Origin: Callorhinchus milii
Taxonomy: Eukaryota
Assembly: GCF_018977255.1 (NCBI RefSeq)
Contig: NW_024704742.1
Span: 73,534,001-73,598,000 of the forward strand
Direction: 5' to 3'
Length of the DNA: 64,000 nucleotides
Within the stretch, counting starts at the first letter, position 1, and every line of letters starts with the position of its first letter. Shown piece after piece: positions 62,576 through 64,000 of the stretch. A program made the position numbers and the translations under genes. The notes beneath the pieces are model-generated. The model ran no database searches and was not told the origin of the DNA. It saw nothing but the letters and a program-made list of their open reading frames with translations.

Positions 62576-64000
62576 CTCACACAAACAAAATGAGGGTTTG
62601 CTTGAACAAGCATCAGCCCAAGGATAAGATGTAGAACTTGCAGCATGTATGTCAGCAAAGTGTACATTGATTCTATTCATTCTTTCAGAGGAAGAGAAAT
62701 GAGAAGGACAAAGCACGAAGAAAGAGGCCGGTCGTGGCTCCTTCGAGGACAGGCAGCTTGTGAACAGCTTGTGAACTAGCAATCCCAGACACTAGGAATC
62801 TCAGGGGGGGAAATGAGCTGTAAAGAGAGATAATAGAATACTAACATTTAGTTATGTTTTGCTTTGTAGTCATAGAGACTGGAAGAATATTGCTTTGTTC
62901 TCTGCGCAAAATAAAATACTGAAGAAAATGACTTAGATACATACTGAACATCATGATTACCATCCAGTTGGCTGCAGACTTGCAAAAAGGAAACAAATGC
63001 TGGTTTGTTGAAAAATACAGCAAGGTCAGAAGACTGTGAAAGACTAATGCTGACAGCAAGCAGTCTGTTCATTTTTCATGTGAAGTTGTTACTTTGTCAG
63101 CCTGTGCGATGGTGGCATAGAGCCTGACAGTACAGCAGTTATCGGAGAGAATTTGTTTGGGGGGGTTGTTCACCTGCATGCAATCTCCTTAGTCCTCTAG
63201 AGGACATCTATAGAGATCACAGTATAACCATTGAGAGGGCTATGCTCACAAGTCAATTGCAGGTACTAGAAATATATCCCATCTTGATAAAATATTCAAT
63301 GACTTTTTCTATCAAGAGATAACTATTGCCCCAGAGATAAAAAGATAAACACTTTCTACTTAAAAAAAATGATGGATTTCTATTTTTAATAATCTGAATG
63401 TCTACAGCAGGGTAGGCCAAGATTTGTTCAGTGTGATTAAAGCAGTAGCTTCAGAACTACCCTCCAGGTGGGGTGGGGGGGTGGGGGCGGGAGAGGTGTA
63501 CAATCTCCTTAGCACTGAGCTGGCTCCAAAGGAATGTTGGAATTGAGTCAACCCTCTGTTGCAGTCTTGGTTGTCCAGTTTCTAAGACAGACAGGTCTGC
63601 AGTACTCCAGGGCACTGCTGCCGACAGCACGGCCAGCCTGGCTCTTCGGCGAGCAGAAGATTGTGGGTTCATATCAAGGCTTAAAGTCATAATCTAGGTT
63701 GACACTGGAAGAGAGCTTTCACTTCGGTGAAATTGCCTTCCTTCAAATGAAACATTAAACAAAGAGAGTCTAAGTGGACCCTAAAAAATAGGCTCCAACA
63801 TTCCCCAGACTGACACGAGAAGAATGGTCAATTGGACAAAGCAACAAAGGAAACATAGCACCAGTACAAGGAAAAGGAGTCCAAAATGTTTTCAGGGCAG
63901 GAGGAAGAGAGGGCGTAAAAACAAATCAGGCAATAATACTCCTTTTGTCCCGAGCCATGCATAAAAATATTTAATACAAAAATGAATTACTTCTGAAAAA

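Noticed and set aside
62670..62780. Acceptor-like tract followed by a purine-rich exon-like segment
   Set aside because: All three frames stop within about 30 codons, there is no recognisable protein, and no partner exon.

Overview
This is vertebrate genomic DNA, most likely a cartilaginous fish (possibly a chimaera). That call is inferred from the repeat content: Deu-domain SINEs, L2 and CR1 LINEs, and a Penelope-derived short repeat. The only host coding sequence I can support is the last coding exon of a complexin gene (CPLX1/CPLX2 subfamily, + strand, 33118-33312). It is followed by a roughly 3.8 kb repeat-poor putative 3' UTR carrying neuronal miRNA seed sites. Positions 1-33117 appear to be part of one very large intron, and the region after about 37.1 kb looks intergenic. 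Most other recognisable sequence is retroelement debris. The most interesting signals are: (1) short Penelope-derived elements with a minimal hammerhead ribozyme core, one in the sense strand of the intron and one antisense in the 3' UTR with a 12 bp target-site duplication; (2) a young chimeric SINE (tRNA-Ala head, CORE-like body, 3' part of an older Deu-SINE, L2 tail) present as long and short subfamilies; (3) an unclassified dispersed family of at least 400 bp with six copies; (4) fold-back scars at the 5' junctions of retroinsertions. Repeat boundaries were judged by eye and are approximate. No CRISPR, rRNA or genuine tRNA genes are supported.
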